Position numbers and translations under genes: made by a program
Assembly: GCA_013265495.1 (NCBI GenBank)
Contig: MU057809.1
Coordinates: forward strand, 1,851,062-1,915,061
Direction: 5' to 3'
DNA: 64,000 bases
From: Vicugna vicugna
Taxonomy: Eukaryota
The notes under the pieces: generated by a model
The model's input: the letters and a program-made list of their open reading frames with translations, nothing else
Told to the model about the DNA's origin: nothing
Database searches by the model: none
Shown here: in pieces, positions 49,810-63,844 of the stretch
How positions within the stretch are numbered: the first letter of the stretch is position 1
Layout: each line of letters opens with the position of its first letter

Positions 49810-50477
49810 AGGAAATAGTCCTGTCACATTATTGCAAATGTGTTCTCAACTAAAAATAAACTTAATAGTAATGGCTTCTGTGAGTAAAATTGAAACCGAT
49901 TGAATATGTAAAATTTAGTTAATATTGAGTCATTTATGAACTTCCTGATCACTTCTAGGTATTGCAAAGAGAGGAAAGGCTTGCCAAGCTTCTTTCCTGA
50001 AAGATAGGATCTTCTGTGTACTCACTACTAACATCAGAGATACTTGTCCTCATCTTAGGCTACAGTTTGAACATTTAAAATCACCTTATTGCCCAGCTCA
50101 TGTTTGTGGGAAGCATTCATTCATTTCCAAATTTTATCAGAGAGATTGCAGATCCGTTCTCTCTTACTATCATGTTTCCATCCAGTTTTTTTCATGGCAC
50201 TGAAGAAGGGCAGTCCGTTTAGGGTATAGGGGATTGAGTGAAATTGACAATTTGAGAATTAAAATCGGCATGAAATGGTTTGGATCGCGGAGTGGTAGAG
50301 TTGAAGGGATAAACCAGTAAGGACAGTAGGAGAGGAGACCCACTCGGAACTCTAGGACTTCGACAGGCTGTTGTTAGAACCCAAAGCATGTGCCGTTTAG
50401 ACCTTTCCATCCCCGTCTCCCCTGCTGCTCGTTTCCACAACTAGAAGTGAAAAGGGCCTGATGAGACCTGGCGCCTC

Positions 50478-50585
50478 CTCTGTGCCTTAACCTCTCTGGG
50501 TTGTTAGAGAACCAAATGAAACAGTTACTGTTCAGCAGTTAGAACAGTGCTTGACACAGAGCTGAATAAAACTTAGCTGTTACAC
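50478..50585 (+). mobile_element. MIR fragment
   Basis: cttaacctctctgggttgtt...aaatga...ttagaacagtgcttgacacag. Confidence 0.5.
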
Positions 50586-50737
50586 ATAAAATTTGATTGC
50601 TATTAAATAACATAAATGTTGCTCCTTGTTTTCTCTATTTTGTATTATAGAAGTCTGTAATTCTTTGAAATTGTGTTGTCCCCAATTTTTATACCTCATT
50701 GTGCTATAGACTTCTTCCTGCTGCCTCATTTAATGAT

Positions 50738-50902
50738 GTAAATAAAGTTTTATTGAAACACCATGATGCTCATTTGTTCATGTATCATCTGTGGCTGCTT
50801 TCACTATAGTGGCTGAGTCAAATAGATGTGATAGAGTATGTGGCCTACAAAACAAAAAATATTTACTCTCTGGGCATTATAGGAAAAGCTTGCCAACACC
50901 TG
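50738..50902 (-). mobile_element. MER58A-type hAT-Charlie fragment
   Basis: gtaaataaagttttattgaaacacc...ctcatttgttcatgtatc...tggctgctttc...aatatttactctctgg...ttgccaacacctg. Confidence 0.82.
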
Positions 50903-53900
50903 ATATTATAGGGTCTTTTGATCCAAAGTAAAAGTGAATAAAAAGTACTCAATTATAGAACAGCTTTCTGAAACCATTATTTAGTCTTCATTTCTTTTAA
51001 TCTCATATTGAAACAAATGATGTATAAAAAAGGATAACACAGAGTAAGATGTTTATTCAGGTTTTCATTAGTGTTTCCATCAAAGAGCTGATTTTCAAGA
51101 ATTATTATAAATTAATAAAACATTCTCAATTGCAATAAACTGAATTAAGTTGCATGTTTGAAGTTCCTTTTCTTTCATAATAAATGAAAAACTGCACACA
51201 TAAAATTTGTGGTGCATTTCTTTTCACTTAGAATAAATACTTACATTTATGCCGTGCAATAGTTTATTTTCATAAGAATGAGTATTTCAGGGCAGCATAG
51301 AGCCTTATCAGCTCACAGAACCAACTCAGAACATCATTCCAGGCACAGGGAGTCACTGATAGCACCTTCATCCACAGAGACAGTATATTACTACCCAATG
51401 AGAAGGACTTTTAAAGCCAGTCTTTGTTTTAAATATATCATTGCTATTATCTGAATCATTTAGATTCAGAGCCATAATAAACAGCATGAACCCAGGCCTA
51501 AGATAAAATTTGTATTTGGATCTAATGTCAAGTGGCAATGTGGGTATGACTTTAGAGAGTATGGTTTCGATTTTGTGTTGAATTTCTCAAAAGTGAATCT
51601 GCTTCATGAGTGGGTTTTTAGAACAGTCCCCTTACCGGCAGGGGAATAGGAGACAAGTGTTTTTCAGACAGTAAGGCAGATGGCTCTTTTTCTTCAGTAC
51701 AGGGTGTGCCAACTAAAAGAGACAGCTACACAAATGTTAACCCCTGAGGGAGTGAAAAAACAATTGCTGTCAGTTGTTCTTTATAACTGTGTAGCTTGAC
51801 TTCAAATTGATGTGGAAAAAGTAACCTCTTAAGAAAAGTATGTGTTAAACGAGCGAGTGCAGCCTATAATCTCAGTTCTCAGTAAAATAGTGGAAGATGA
51901 TGTAATTACTTTAAAAGGGAAAGAAACTCTAAGGTCTTACGTTTCTGGGGTAAGGTGGTGGCAGACTACTCGGGCCTGATTATTGCTTCCCAATTCCCTT
52001 GGAAAAAAAAAGTTGTCAAGATGACAAACAGGCAATTGTGCTGTAAAGCAAGTGCCACATGCCAAGATCTGGGTAGAAGCTTTCTGACTGTGGTCGGTGG
52101 AGTGGATTGAGGCTAGTTTGGGATTATATAGCACTCGTTCTACTTCTGAACTGGAACAGGGAGAATGGCCCCACACAAAGTAGGATACTGTTTAAAAATT
52201 GATATGCACAGCATGCCTAAGGAAGCACGTGGGTAGGCTAAGTGGCAAAAGTTGCCATCTGTTGACTTGGAGCTGGTCAGACCAGTGTCCTTAACCTGCC
52301 CCTCTCTACTAGCTCCTTTTCATTCATTTTCCTCTAAAAACTAACTCCCAGCATGCAACCCAGCAGCAGGAGGTAGGGGGAGATGGGCGAAGATGCCAAG
52401 TGCATGTCATTTAAAGAAAATCTTTTTAAGTAGAAAGAACTGTGAGTGCCTGTGTGTTTCATGTATTATGTACAAATGCATGTGACAGCTGACAGGAGTA
52501 CCTATCAGAACAGGAAGAGTTAACACTCTCCACCTGTTCACATTAGAAGGAATATCTTGTCACACATCAGCAGTCGAGCTGAGAGTAGAACACATCTCTT
52601 ATTTCAATCTGAGTTTCAATCTGAGAGGGAGAACCTGCCAGCATTTAGTGGACATTGAGACTAAAGGCATGTTACCCTGTCTGGAAAAACATTAGCTTTC
52701 AATAGCCCTCTCTCTTACTAAGGTATGGACATGAAAGATTCCTAGCATGTAGCTTTTAAAAAGATTCTAGGGAACAAGGGAAAGGAAAGAATGACTTTGA
52801 AGACAGTGTATCTCTCTGAAAATGACTGCATGTAAGAAACACATTTAGTGTAAATTTACAACAAATTTAGTGTATGTCTCCTGGCGTCTTGAAAAATGAT
52901 CATGGCCTCTAGTGAAAAGGAAGCCGGAGAGCCCTAAGGAGGAATAGGATGAGATGAGAGTGGCAATGGCAAAGCTGGCTGAAATAAAAGAATGCAAGAA
53001 AACCAAAAATTGTAGTAAAGTTTAAAATTTGTATTAAGGCTGTTAGAGGAATTGATACTCCCCCCAAAATGGAAGAGTAGTATGGATGACAAACTTGAGA
53101 ACACCTACGGAATACAGAGGAGAAGAGGACAAAGAGCTGTAAACATGAAAAGTAGATGCGGAGAAAAGAGAGCAGGTCTTCAACCCCAGAGGTGTTCCAG
53201 GGCAGGAAACGAGAGCAGAAAGCAGGGAAATCACGGCTGAAGTTTCCCACGCCGGGGGGAGCGTGAGCAGGTATCCAAGGGGTGCCTCAAGGGCCGGCCA
53301 GTAGTGATGGGCCTATTCTGGTAAACGGTCTGAACTTTAAGGATAAAACAAGCCCAGGAAATAAAGCATGTCACCTACAAAGAAACTTAGTCTGTGGTGC
53401 AGTAATTGTGTTCTGCTGAGTTAAGATATGTATTTTTTAAATGACTATTTTCAGTTGTAAAACATCAGCTTTCATGTACCATCCCTGAAAAGTTACTTAG
53501 CTATATATTTCATCCACAGAGGAGACCACTCCTGGATTTTAGCTTATTTCTCTGACTTTGAAAGGAGGACACAAAGTCGTATTGGCTTGTGACCTTTTGG
53601 GAATTTGGAATATATGTGTCATGTCCTGTGATTGGAGGTTAGCAGTACAGGCTGTCGGGCTCAACTGAAGCCCACCGGTCAAACACAAAACTGGAAACAG
53701 TTCAACTATATGTCCTCTATAAAAGCTACATTTCAAGTAAAGTGACTCAAGGGCTCAAAGGAAAGAAATTGGTAAATGCAAACAGAATATTAAAGTTCTG
53801 TTACTGCAAGACAAAGCATTAAAATGGGACAAAAGTAATAATATGAAAAGTATAAGCTGCAATAAAGAAATGACTAATTTTTATGGGATAAATTACATCA

Positions 53901-54899
53901 CAGTAAACATTAACCATTGGGAATGCAAAGAAAAGCAGAGTAATGAGACACTAATGTTTCTTTCTGACATTGTTAGACAGGAGGTCAGGCTGGTAGAGAG
54001 TATGAATACTCCAAGGGTGATCTAAGAGAGACACGTTGAGAGCTCTACCCTGCAAATAGAGGTGATTCCCTTTTTCCAGGGCCCCAGGGGATTTTTCTTC
54101 TAGGTCATAAAATCTAAAGTTCCAACAAATTGAGAATAATAGAAAATACATTCTCTAACCACAATGAAGTTTCAGAAATGTTTTATATGAAAATTTAAAA
54201 CAAAAAGTGTCAAATTCCCATCCTTTCTACCCTCCATCCAGCCATCTCCTAAATAACTCTTGATTAGGTCAAAGAGAAAAGCAAAACTAAAATTATAGAA
54301 TTTCTGGGAAAAATATAATGGAAAGTGCATAGTAACACTGAGATGCATCAAAGCAGTATATAGAGGAAAATCAGTGTACTTACATACTGGTGTTTCTTAG
54401 CAAAAGACAGTAAAAAGCATTTCAGCTCAAAAAGAACATATATGTTATAAAAGAAAATCACGAAGGAAGTTATTAAATATGCACTAGGAAACAGTACAAG
54501 TGATAAATTTGTGTTATTTGGAGAAAAAGTTCCAATGTATAGGTAAGACTGTACGTACCCTAATTGAGACAGAAGACAAATATGAAAAATCAGGAATGAG
54601 AAAGGGAAAATTTAAAAACACACATATATTTTATATGACTGTATTCATAAATATGAAACCCAAATGAAGTAGAGAATTTTCTAGGAAAGTATAAATTACC
54701 AAAATTGACTAAGAGAGAAACCATAAGCACAGTAATTTTAGTGGCAGGAAGTAAAGGCTGTTAAAGAGCTAGCCACACCCACTCCCAGCACGCACACATC
54801 TGCACCCAGGTAGGTTCACTGGTAAGTTCTTCCACAGAGATTGCACCTTCAGTACTTAACTTGTTCCTAAACAGAGAGATGAGAAAACCCCCCCACCCT

Positions 54900-55612
54900 T
54901 TTTTAAATCGCCTTGTTGGTTGCCTTTTCAAATCCATTTGTCCTTGCCGCCTTCCTAAAAAGTTTTCTGCCTTTTGTCAGGAATTCATTCCATCCTCAGC
55001 TCCATGGGTTGTCTGTGATCAAGTCTAAGAGCCTAGCCTAAGATGGGAAAGTAATTGTCACAACACCATTTAAAAAAAAAGACTATTCAGTGGGAAGCAA
55101 ATAGGCTTTTCAACAGGTGGGACAGTTGGATATCCATATGCAAAAGGATGAATCTGGAGCTGTGCCTTGTACCATACACAAAAATTAACTGAAAATGCAT
55201 CACAGACCTACATGTAAGGGCTCAAATGACAAAACTCTTAGAAGATGGCATAGGGTTTAGGCAAGCGCTTTCTTAGATATGACGTGAAAAGCACAAGAGA
55301 TTAAAAAATTGATAAATTGAAGTCCACTGAAATGGAAAACGTTTGTGCTTTAAAACACACCCAGTTGCTTCTTATCACCATTTTGCAACTAGGAGGAGTG
55401 CCAGTCTGGGGACAAATCTAATGTCCTGAGGATGGTGGAGCGGAGAGAGGGCAGGAACCGGGTTCTTGAGAACATCATTGGGCTCCCACACTCAGGAGTC
55501 CTAAAACTGGGTCCGCCTCTGTCGTGATGGTTGTGAGATGGTCAGTTTACTTACTGTGCAAGTTGGGGTTGGAGTCTTTGTTCCTTGCAGCTGGTCATCC
55601 TGAGTGACACAC
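54900..55612 (+). mobile_element. ERVL/MaLR-type LTR (LTR16/MLT1-like) split by an L1 ORF2 fragment at about 55080-55340
   Basis: ccattttgcaac...gaggatggtggagcggagaga...gggttcttgagaacatcattg...tttgttccttgcagc...catcctgagtgacaca. Confidence 0.6.
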
Positions 55613-57049
55613 ACTGCAATAAAGGTGAGCTAGCTTCGGAAGACAGCACCTGATGTAGGATGGCCTGCGTTGTAGGCTACATTGGCAGAACTGAAAATGT
55701 GTGAGGGAGATGGATTTTATGTCAAAATACAATATTACCTAAATCCTAATATTCTAGAAATTTCCATATTGTGGCTACATTCCCAATTAAAAAATACTTT
55801 GTAATAACAAAACATAGGAAAAAGAAAATTGCAGGATTTTGATGATGAAAATTAAATTTTAGAAGTAAGAATTCAGTTTATTTCAAAAAATATCAAGTGG
55901 AATTTATTCTATTTAGTAGTAATGTAACTGAAATTATGAATAAATTCATGGAGAAAAACCATATGTATGTCTCAATAGAGGTTATTTGATACAATTTCAC
56001 CTTTATTCCTTATTTTGAAAGGAAAACCCTTAGAAAAGAAGGGTTGAAGGGTGCTTTCCGTGTTGTCATAGACAAAGATGTCTCCAGTTAATAGTTTAGC
56101 ATCGTTTATAGTGGAAACCCTTGGAACACTTATTTGAAAAACCCAGATAAGGTTGTTATTAATTCCATTAAAATGTTTCCTTTTGTGTGACATAATGTTA
56201 TTTGACAGTGAAAAATAAACAGTAAATGACAAAAGAAAGCAAAATTGTAATTTGAAGTTATGACTAGAAAAACAAAAAAGGTAAACTGACAAACTATTAG
56301 AAGCAATTTGCTATGGTGCTTATACAAACTGTGCAAAATTCAGTAACTTTCTTTTATATGAACAGTAACCATTTAGAATAAGTAACAGAAAAATCCATTC
56401 ACAATCGCAAACTCAAGAACTTGAAATACACTTGATAAGAAGTGTAAGTGACTTATGTAAAGAAAACCATAAAGCTTAAAAGGGACATTAAAAAAAGACC
56501 TGAAAGAAAGTCATACCTTGTTTTTACATGAGAATAGCAAACTTGGTGAATTTCCCTTGGCCTGTAAATTCAGTGTAATCCCAATTCAAATTGTAGTGGA
56601 ATTTTTAAAAACTTGTTCAGTACCAGTAATGGGAATGATGGAAGTCTTTAGATTCACTACCTCGTGTGATTGACAGTAGAGGCTGGATCATTGGGGGAAC
56701 TTATCTGAGTCCGGCATCAGGAAATCCACTGTGGCCTCAGGCGGTTCAGTCTTGAGGAGTAAGGCCACCTATTTAACTGCTCATAAGTTCTCTACTTGGA
56801 ATATGTTCATTCTCTGGAAGGTGTATGACTCTCCCCCCGTAGTTGTGCACAGAGGGACAGATTGTCGTCAGCTGCAGTGACTATCCAAAAGACGCTTCCC
56901 CGTGATTGACTTTCTGCCTTCTTCCAGCTGTCTTTGGGGAGTCTGGCTGCCTTACCTGAACATCTTAACCACTCACAGCCCTGGCACCAGTGCAGTCTAA
57001 CTTCTCCTCTGAAAGCTGTCCAGCGGCTGCCTGAGGAACTGTGTGATCT

Positions 57050-57548
57050 TCCTCTCACGTACTTCCTTGGCCACTACACTACATGTCACCCCATTTCCCT
57101 ACACTCTAGCTTTACTGGACTTTTTTCAGTGTTTGGAACAAATCAGGTTCTTCCCCACCCCAGGCTCTTTACTTATGGTATTCCCTCTGCCTAGACCAAT
57201 TCCTAACCATTCTCCACTCCCCCACACTCCACTCCCCCACCAAACACTTGATCAACTGATTCATCCTCCAGGTCTCAGATTAAGTTGACACTTCAGAGCT
57301 TTTAAAATTGACCTTTTAAAATTGATAAGGTCCTGTTGTTATGTTCACTGTTTCAGCCTCTGTGCTTTTCTTTCATAGCATTTACCTGTAATCATGTATT
57401 TATTTTATGTGATTTCTTTATAGTCTGTCACCTGCCCTCAGAGGACAGAGACTGTCTGCTTAGTTCACTGTTGTAGGTCCAGCACCTAGATGGTGCCTGC
57501 CACATAGTAGACATTCAATGTGTATTTACTGGCAAATGAATGAATGGA
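57050..57548 (+). mobile_element. L2 3' end
   Basis: cactctagctttactggac...ttccctctgcctaga...ttagttcactgttgtaggtccagcacctag...cacatagtagacattcaat...aaatgaatgaatg. Confidence 0.82.
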
Positions 57549-57969
57549 CAGTAACTTAAAACAAGTTTCACGAGTAGCATAATGTAACATGTCTAATGAT
57601 GGTACACAGGCATTTTTCTTACACAGTTTCTATCACTGTGTATCACATTGTAACCCTTAACACTGTTTATCACAGAAGCCAATCTGTCTCATGTCTCATA
57701 AAGTTAATTTGAAGTTCACTTGCAAGAACAGATATTTATGAGTTGTTGAAGAAAATTTTAGAAAATGAATAATGAGGGCAGACTTGCCTTTAATAAATTT
57801 ATGATAAAACTGTGACTATTAAATCATCATAATATTGGCCCAGGAATAGACAGAAAAATGAAATAAAGGCTAGAAGTAAACGAAGCAAATATGGGGTTTT
57901 AGTATAGGTCCAACATATTCCATGTTAAATTAATGGAGAAAAGAAAGGCAGTAACCAGCCTATAAGATA

Positions 57970-58382
57970 GTGTGTGACTTGCAGGGTTAGGTCATGAAAG
58001 ACGTCGTGACCTCTGTCTTGTGCTTGCTTGGGTCATACGCTCTGGGGGAAGCCAACTACCATGTCTTGACACGCCAGCAACGCTATAGAGAGGTTCATGT
58101 GGAGAGGAGCCGGGGCCTTGGGCAACAGCCAGCGTCCACTTGCCAGCTGTGTGAGTGGGCCGTTCCTGGAAGTGCACCCCGCAGCCCCAGTCAAGCCTTT
58201 AGGTGACTGCAGCTCTGGGTGACATCTTGCCTGCAGTCGCGTGAGGATCACCAAACCGGAATCACAGTGTGCAGTTGCTCCCAAATGCCTGATCTACAGG
58301 AGCTGTGTGAGATGAAGTTTGTGTTGCTGTAAGCAGCTAAGTGTTGAGGTGATTTGCTACACAGCAACAGGTAACTGATCAG
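57970..58382 (+). mobile_element. MLT1 (MaLR) solo LTR
   Basis: gtgtgacttgcagggttaggtcatgaaaga...ctctgggggaagccaactaccatgt...gccccagtcaagcctttaggtgactgcagc...ttgctacacagcaacaggtaactgatca. Confidence 0.88.
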
Positions 58383-61169
58383 ATGGATTCTTCAATAAAT
58401 GGTGTTGGGATAGCCAGCCAACCAGTCAGCAATTGGGGGAAAAAATAAGTTGGATTCTTACTCTATGTCTTTTATCAAGAAAATTTCAAATGGATTAAAG
58501 ATTTAAATGTAAATGGGAACCATTAATGTATTTAGGAGAAAATAAAGCTGAATATTTTTATATCTAGGGGACAGGAAAGGATTTCCTAATTATGAATTTG
58601 CACTCTCCAAACCATAAAGTAAAATTCAGAGCTTCTTCATGACAAAGAAACCTTATAAACGAGGGTAAAAAGTAAAACATGAATTAGGAAACCATGTTAG
58701 TGACCTGCATTATGAAAGTCGGTATCTCTTAAATACTGATAACTCTTGAGCATCAAGAGTTGATGAGAAGACTCTATAGATGGGATGGCCAAGGACACAA
58801 ATGGGCAATTTGCAAAGTCACGTCAATAAATGCATGAGCAGTGGTTACCTGAGAAGTGTAATTAAGAACAGTGAACAATCACATTTTACCTACCAGATTG
58901 GCAGAGATTAAAAAGAATAATGGGGTTGAAAAGATTCCTGTGTTTGCAGGAAGGTTAGAAAATGTGGGTGGGGAATGTAGATTTGTCTAACTTTTCTGGA
59001 GGGCAGCCTGACAACATGTCTCAAAACGCAGATACGAAGTGAGTGCACCCTGTGACTCGGCGCCACTACGGGTGTGAGTTTGTCCTAAGCTACGGAAAGA
59101 GGTACATGTTATTCCGAAATCCCGAATCCTGACGTTTGGCCTGGTCGGGTTCCTGTCTTTGTTTCTTTCCTCCGCCTCTGTTGTCTCTGTTTCCTGCTCG
59201 GAAGTTCCTGTTGGACCCTCCTGGACCTGTGCTCTGCTGCTCAACGTTACGCTCTTGTTTTCCAAATCTGGTTTCTTCTCTGTTTAGTCATTTCCTTAAT
59301 TTTAATTTCTGTGTTGCCAACTCTCTCTTCTGCCATGTTTTTTCCCCTGACATTCAACTCTGCTTTGAAACTTTCACTTTGGCAAAATTAATTTAATTTC
59401 CACAAATACCTTACTGTTCCTGATAAATTCTTTTTTCTAAGAGTCTGTCTGTGATGGGTACAACAGCTCTTGAATCTCTCTAAGGATACTCACTGGAGTT
59501 TTTTAGGAATTTCTCTTCAGATTCCTTGACTATGGCTGTTTCTCCCAGGGTCCTTCTCATGCTGCTAGATTGTCCCCAAGGCCTGATGCTTCTTCGCTAA
59601 CCGCTCATAGGTATGAATGAAGGACTAGGTGAATTAGTGCTAACTGCTCCAGGTTTCCTGTTCAGGGATAAACTTTGTTTTCCCTTGAATGCAAGGGTTC
59701 CCTGCAGCCTCCATGCAGGGTGTGGACCGTGTTGCTTGGCATGCTTCCCTGTTGGGTGCCATGTGGCTGGAGAATCAGCTGGCAAGCTGGATTCTCTCCG
59801 AGTCGCCACCGTAGGAAGGACTTCACTTTGTCATGAGGGCGTGAGTGTCTGTCCCCAGGCAGGCTGCGGCTCTGCCCCGCTGCTTCTCCTCACCCTCCAT
59901 CCCGGTCTCTTGCGCAGGTTCAGAGCTCTCTTCCTTCTGTTCAGGCTGTAACTTCCATACTAGTGGCTCTCCTCAGATAAACCATCTACTTTGAGCTGCT
60001 CTTTCACTGCCGCACGGAGGGCAGAGGGTTAAGGGTGGGGTGCTCACGAGTCCAGCTGTTCCCAGCTCTACTTTTTAATCAACTCACTGTCAGGCCACTC
60101 TTGTTTGTCTCTGACCTGGAAACTTCTCTTGGATACTTTGAGAACTGCTCTAGTTTTCTGTTTGGGTCCACAGTTACCATTGCTATGTCTTTTAGAAGTC
60201 CCTCGTATTTTTGGTCCTGCAGTTTTTCTGATTTCCAGGCATCCATAATATATTTAATCCGCTGATGGCACTATTTTTTGTGTTCCAGGATTCTTTAATT
60301 TTAGAAGCAAGAGTCTTTTCTGTCAGTGTATGAGGCCTTGAGTGGGAGGGAAAGTAGTCACTTGTGCTCAGATGCCCTGTTTTTGTTTCTTTGTTTTTTT
60401 TTTCCAGTGGGTTTGTTATCTCCTGGAAGTTCTCTAAGTACATTTATTCTAGGATTTCATTTGCTTACTGTATTAACAGTTTAGTAGGGGGTTAGGAGTG
60501 TGCACGTATCCCTGTCTTAGACATGAGGGGACACTGAAGTCCTGGTTAGGATTCAGACCAGGCTCTCTGACTCCAGGGCCCGTCCTTGTAACTCCTTCGC
60601 TGTCTTTTCTGGATGTTAGTTTTATGCCTCTTGTTCATGCTACTTGTTTACCTCAAACATCAGGTGTTTCTTGTATTTCTGCTCACGTCTGTCAATGAGG
60701 CTCTGTGACTGAATGTGTTTCTTCAGCTCAAGTGAGAATCCCCCTCACCTGGTGGCAAATGTAGGCTCAGCACAGGAGCTCCAATGCAGATGACTGTTCA
60801 GGGCTGGTGGGCCATGCCGTGGGGCGGAGCGTTCACTTGGCTGTGCTGCTGGGGGAGACCGCTCTGCTCCACTTCGTGTGTCCCCTTGTGGGCTTGGCTG
60901 TCTTCTCTGTTAGGAAGCTGTGCTCAGGCCCACCCACCCCTGCCCTGGAGCAGGCGTCAGAGTTAAGCAGTTGAAGTAGGGGGACTAACTCCGCACTCCT
61001 GCCCTCCGGTTAATTACTTGGCAGATTATCTGGGGCCAGCTCCCTCTCCTAGCCTGCACTGCACTGATAATGGGATTATTCTGAGCTTCTGCTGGAGAAA
61101 CTTTTCAACTGTCGCAGATTCCTTACATTTCCTTGGATTTGCCATCATGCTCCCATCAAGTTTAATGTT

Positions 61170-61560
61170 TCCAGAAATTTACTCATGTGTTCATTCCACA
61201 GATGTTTATGGAGGGCAGTGTGTTGGGCATTAGAAAAGAATGATGAACAGAAAGAGAAGCAACCCACCATGATGAATTTCATGGGTAGCCTTATGGGGGA
61301 GACTGGCATTAGGTAGACATTTGACGCACAGGAAGTGCAGGCTCCTGAGGGAAAGCTTCGCCGCGCTGCGGAGGCACGTGAGAGGGCCGCCTGGCTGGGG
61401 GAGGGACTGTCACGGGGTTCTGCCTGGAGTGAGTGACAGCTGACCTGAGGTAAGAAGGAAGAGGAGGAAGGACTAGGTGAGGAGGAGTGAGGACAAAAGT
61501 GTTCCAAGCAGAGGGAACAGGAGGTGAAGGGAGCTTACAGATAAAGGGGAACGTGGTCTG
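61170..61560 (-). mobile_element. L2 fragment
   Basis: ttcattccacagatgtttatg...; gttccaagcagagggaacag. Confidence 0.6.
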
Positions 61561-61751
61561 CTGGGTATTTACTTGCTATGAATTTATTTTCATTATGTAT
61601 TTATTCTCCCATTTCATGGGATTTGGGAGGGAGGAAAAGTTAGGTCAGCTATCTTGATTGAACCAAGGAGCCTCAAAGAATAATGACCTGGGAAAGTTTT
61701 ATGATATAAGCAAAAAAATGAAAAACCATGAAAACTTGCATATTGTACGTG

Positions 61752-61753
<2 letters not shown>

Positions 61754-61788
<35 letters not shown>
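61754..61788. repeat. (GT)17 microsatellite
   Basis: Perfect dinucleotide run. Confidence 0.97.
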
Positions 61789-61790
<2 letters not shown>

Positions 61791-62339
61791 GGCACGGTAC
61801 CATTACCAGAAAAGTTACCACTGGGGGGTGGGATGGCATTTTTTTATGAACTTTTTTTTAACATTTCTATTTTATTTTCAATTTTTTTCTATGACTGTGG
61901 GTTGCTTTTACAATCAGAAAAAATTTTCTTAACAGAAACTGATGTTTATCTTACAGTTTGGCTTATAATGATATATAAAAAAGCAATTTGTGAACAGGTC
62001 AAAGGGAGTATCAATTGCAATATCATAAAGATTAATATGTACTTAATGGAAATGACATATAGCTGGTAGCAAAGCTGACTCATGCGATAGAAGAAAATTA
62101 CTTCACACTTAAGAAGTCTTCCTAGCCTCTCATGATATACTTGCTTTAACGCTGTTAAATGGTTCATAGTGATCAAAGGCTTTAAATCTTGGTATCCTAC
62201 AAAAAACATTTTAAGAATTATAGAAAAAATATAAATCTTCGATACCTTGGCATTGGAGCATCTGCAGAATAGCATTTAGATATTCAGGCCTAGAGTATGT
62301 GTTTGAGGACTTGGCAGTTTTAATTTGGCCAGCTTTGGT

Positions 62340-62891
62340 GTAGTATCCATTGGGACTGTATTGAGCTGCAAGTAGCAGAAACACACAAAAAATTGCTAAG
62401 TAATTTAGAGAGAGCAAGCTTTAAATTTAATTTTAACTTTTACATTTTACTTTCTAAAATTCAGGACAAGTATGGTACTTTTTTTTATTATGCCATAAAG
62501 GAGTCAGGCTCTCTCATCCTGACTTACGACCCCTTTAGTATGGCTAATGACTTCATGATAACAAGGTGGCTGCTGCATCTCTAGAAATTGCATCTGTGAT
62601 CCAGACAGGCAAAAAGAAGGAGGGAAGAGGAAGGGTATTCCAGTTGGGTTTGTCCCTTTTTATCAGAAAAGTAGTAGCTTTCATAGAAACCTCACCCATT
62701 GGACTACCATTTGCATATCACTGGCCAGAATCCTGTCACAGAGCCACCTTTAACTACAAGGAAACCTGAAAAATCAGGCTTTTGTTCTTTGTTTTTAAAC
62801 TAGAGTTCATTGCTCTTCAAAAAAAAAATCAGAGTTCTATTAATAAAGGAGAGGATGGATGCTGGTTAGGCAGCCTGCTGTGTCAGCTACA
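62340..62891. mobile_element. MLT1J/K/L-type MaLR solo LTR
   Basis: gctgcaagtagcagaaac...acaaggtggctgctgcatctctag...cactggccagaatcctgtcacagagccacctttaactacaaggaaacctgaaaa...tgtcagctaca. Confidence 0.8.
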
Positions 62892-62899
62892 GGAGTTGT

Positions 62900-63520
62900 T
62901 TGCTTATAGATGGTAATTGAAGTCAAGAGCGTGGTTAAGACTTCTCGGAGGGAATACTCAGAGTAAGAGAAGAGAATCAGTGAAAGTGTCCTGAGGAACT
63001 TCAGTGTTGAGGGGGCAGGGGAATGTATGTTCTCACAGGGCACTGAGGTGGGACCGTGAGTGAATGGTAGGAGGGTGATCACCTGGAGGAGACAGGAGAA
63101 GGCAGAGTTTGCATCACCCTATGTGCTGGTGAGTTAAGTACGCCAGGAACTGGGGCATGAACTTGAGGTCTGGCAAACGGAAGCCATGGGTGACCTTGGA
63201 GAAAGCATTTTCAGTGGTGGCTGTGGGCTATGGAGTGAAGAAGGAGTAAAGTAGTGACAGAGTAAATGACTCTCAAAGGCTCACGGATGCTAATCAAAAT
63301 GGGAGGGCAGAGAAGGGAGAAGAGCGATGGGAAGGAGATACTTGCATTTAAGACAAGGGACACTAGACCATGGTTCAGTGCTGAAGATGTATGAGAAAGG
63401 AGGTTTTCTGTAGAAGAAGTGTATTTCCCAAGGGTGATGGATGGTTTGGTGGCAGAGACATGAAAGGTAACCTTCTAACAGCTCTGTCTTCTCTGGGAGA
63501 TGAGAAAAGATATCAGCTGT
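62900..63520 (-). mobile_element. L2 fragment
   Basis: ggcaaacggaagccatgggtgaccttggagaaagcattttcagtgg. Confidence 0.6.
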
Positions 63521-63844
63521 GTCAGGAGAGCGATGGCTGACCTGGAGACCGAAGAGGAGGGGCAAGACCACTGATGAATGTTGTAGAGAATTTGGGAGAG
63601 AGCAAAACGTGGGCAGTGGGCTGCTTTAAGGGCCCAGTCGTGGGCAGAGAACGTGAGCTGAACTGAGATCAGCGGTGCCTGTCTGCGCAGTGCCATCATC
63701 TTACAGAGAAAGCATTTTTAACAATTTGATTGATATTAATGAGTGATACCTACAACCACTTTAGAGGTGTAGAACCATAAATTTGTACAAAAAGCAGTTA
63801 AAACACATTTAATAGTTTCCTTTGTCTCTGAAAGAAGTAATTTA

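Larger units (their letters stand above)
52900..59130 (+). mobile_element. Very old, fragmented L1 (L1ME/L1M5-type) spanning ORF1 to 3' region, interrupted by LTR, L1 and L2-like segments
   Basis: Colinear decayed L1 motifs: cattctctaaccacaatg (54150), caggaatgagaaagggaa (54590), ctaggaaagtataaattaccaaaattgact (54680), ttcaataaatggtgttggga (58390), cacattttacctaccagattggcagagatt (58880). Confidence 0.6.

Noticed and set aside
55591..55630. 34-nt exon (ttccttgcag|...AAG|gtgagc)
   Set aside because: The acceptor comes from the LTR terminus, the exon is very short and frame-shifting, and there is no other support.
52602..57326. Small tandem duplications (tttcaatctgag x2 at 52602; cttttaaaattga x2 at 57299)
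   Set aside because: Ordinary slippage micro-duplications with no further structure.
559..63699. The supplied six-frame ORFs as protein-coding genes
   Set aside because: All are short and many start at non-ATG codons. Those with recognisable motifs (12120, 14269, 14691, 25412, 47992, 49236) are broken L1 ORF1/ORF2 remnants, and the rest resemble no protein I know.
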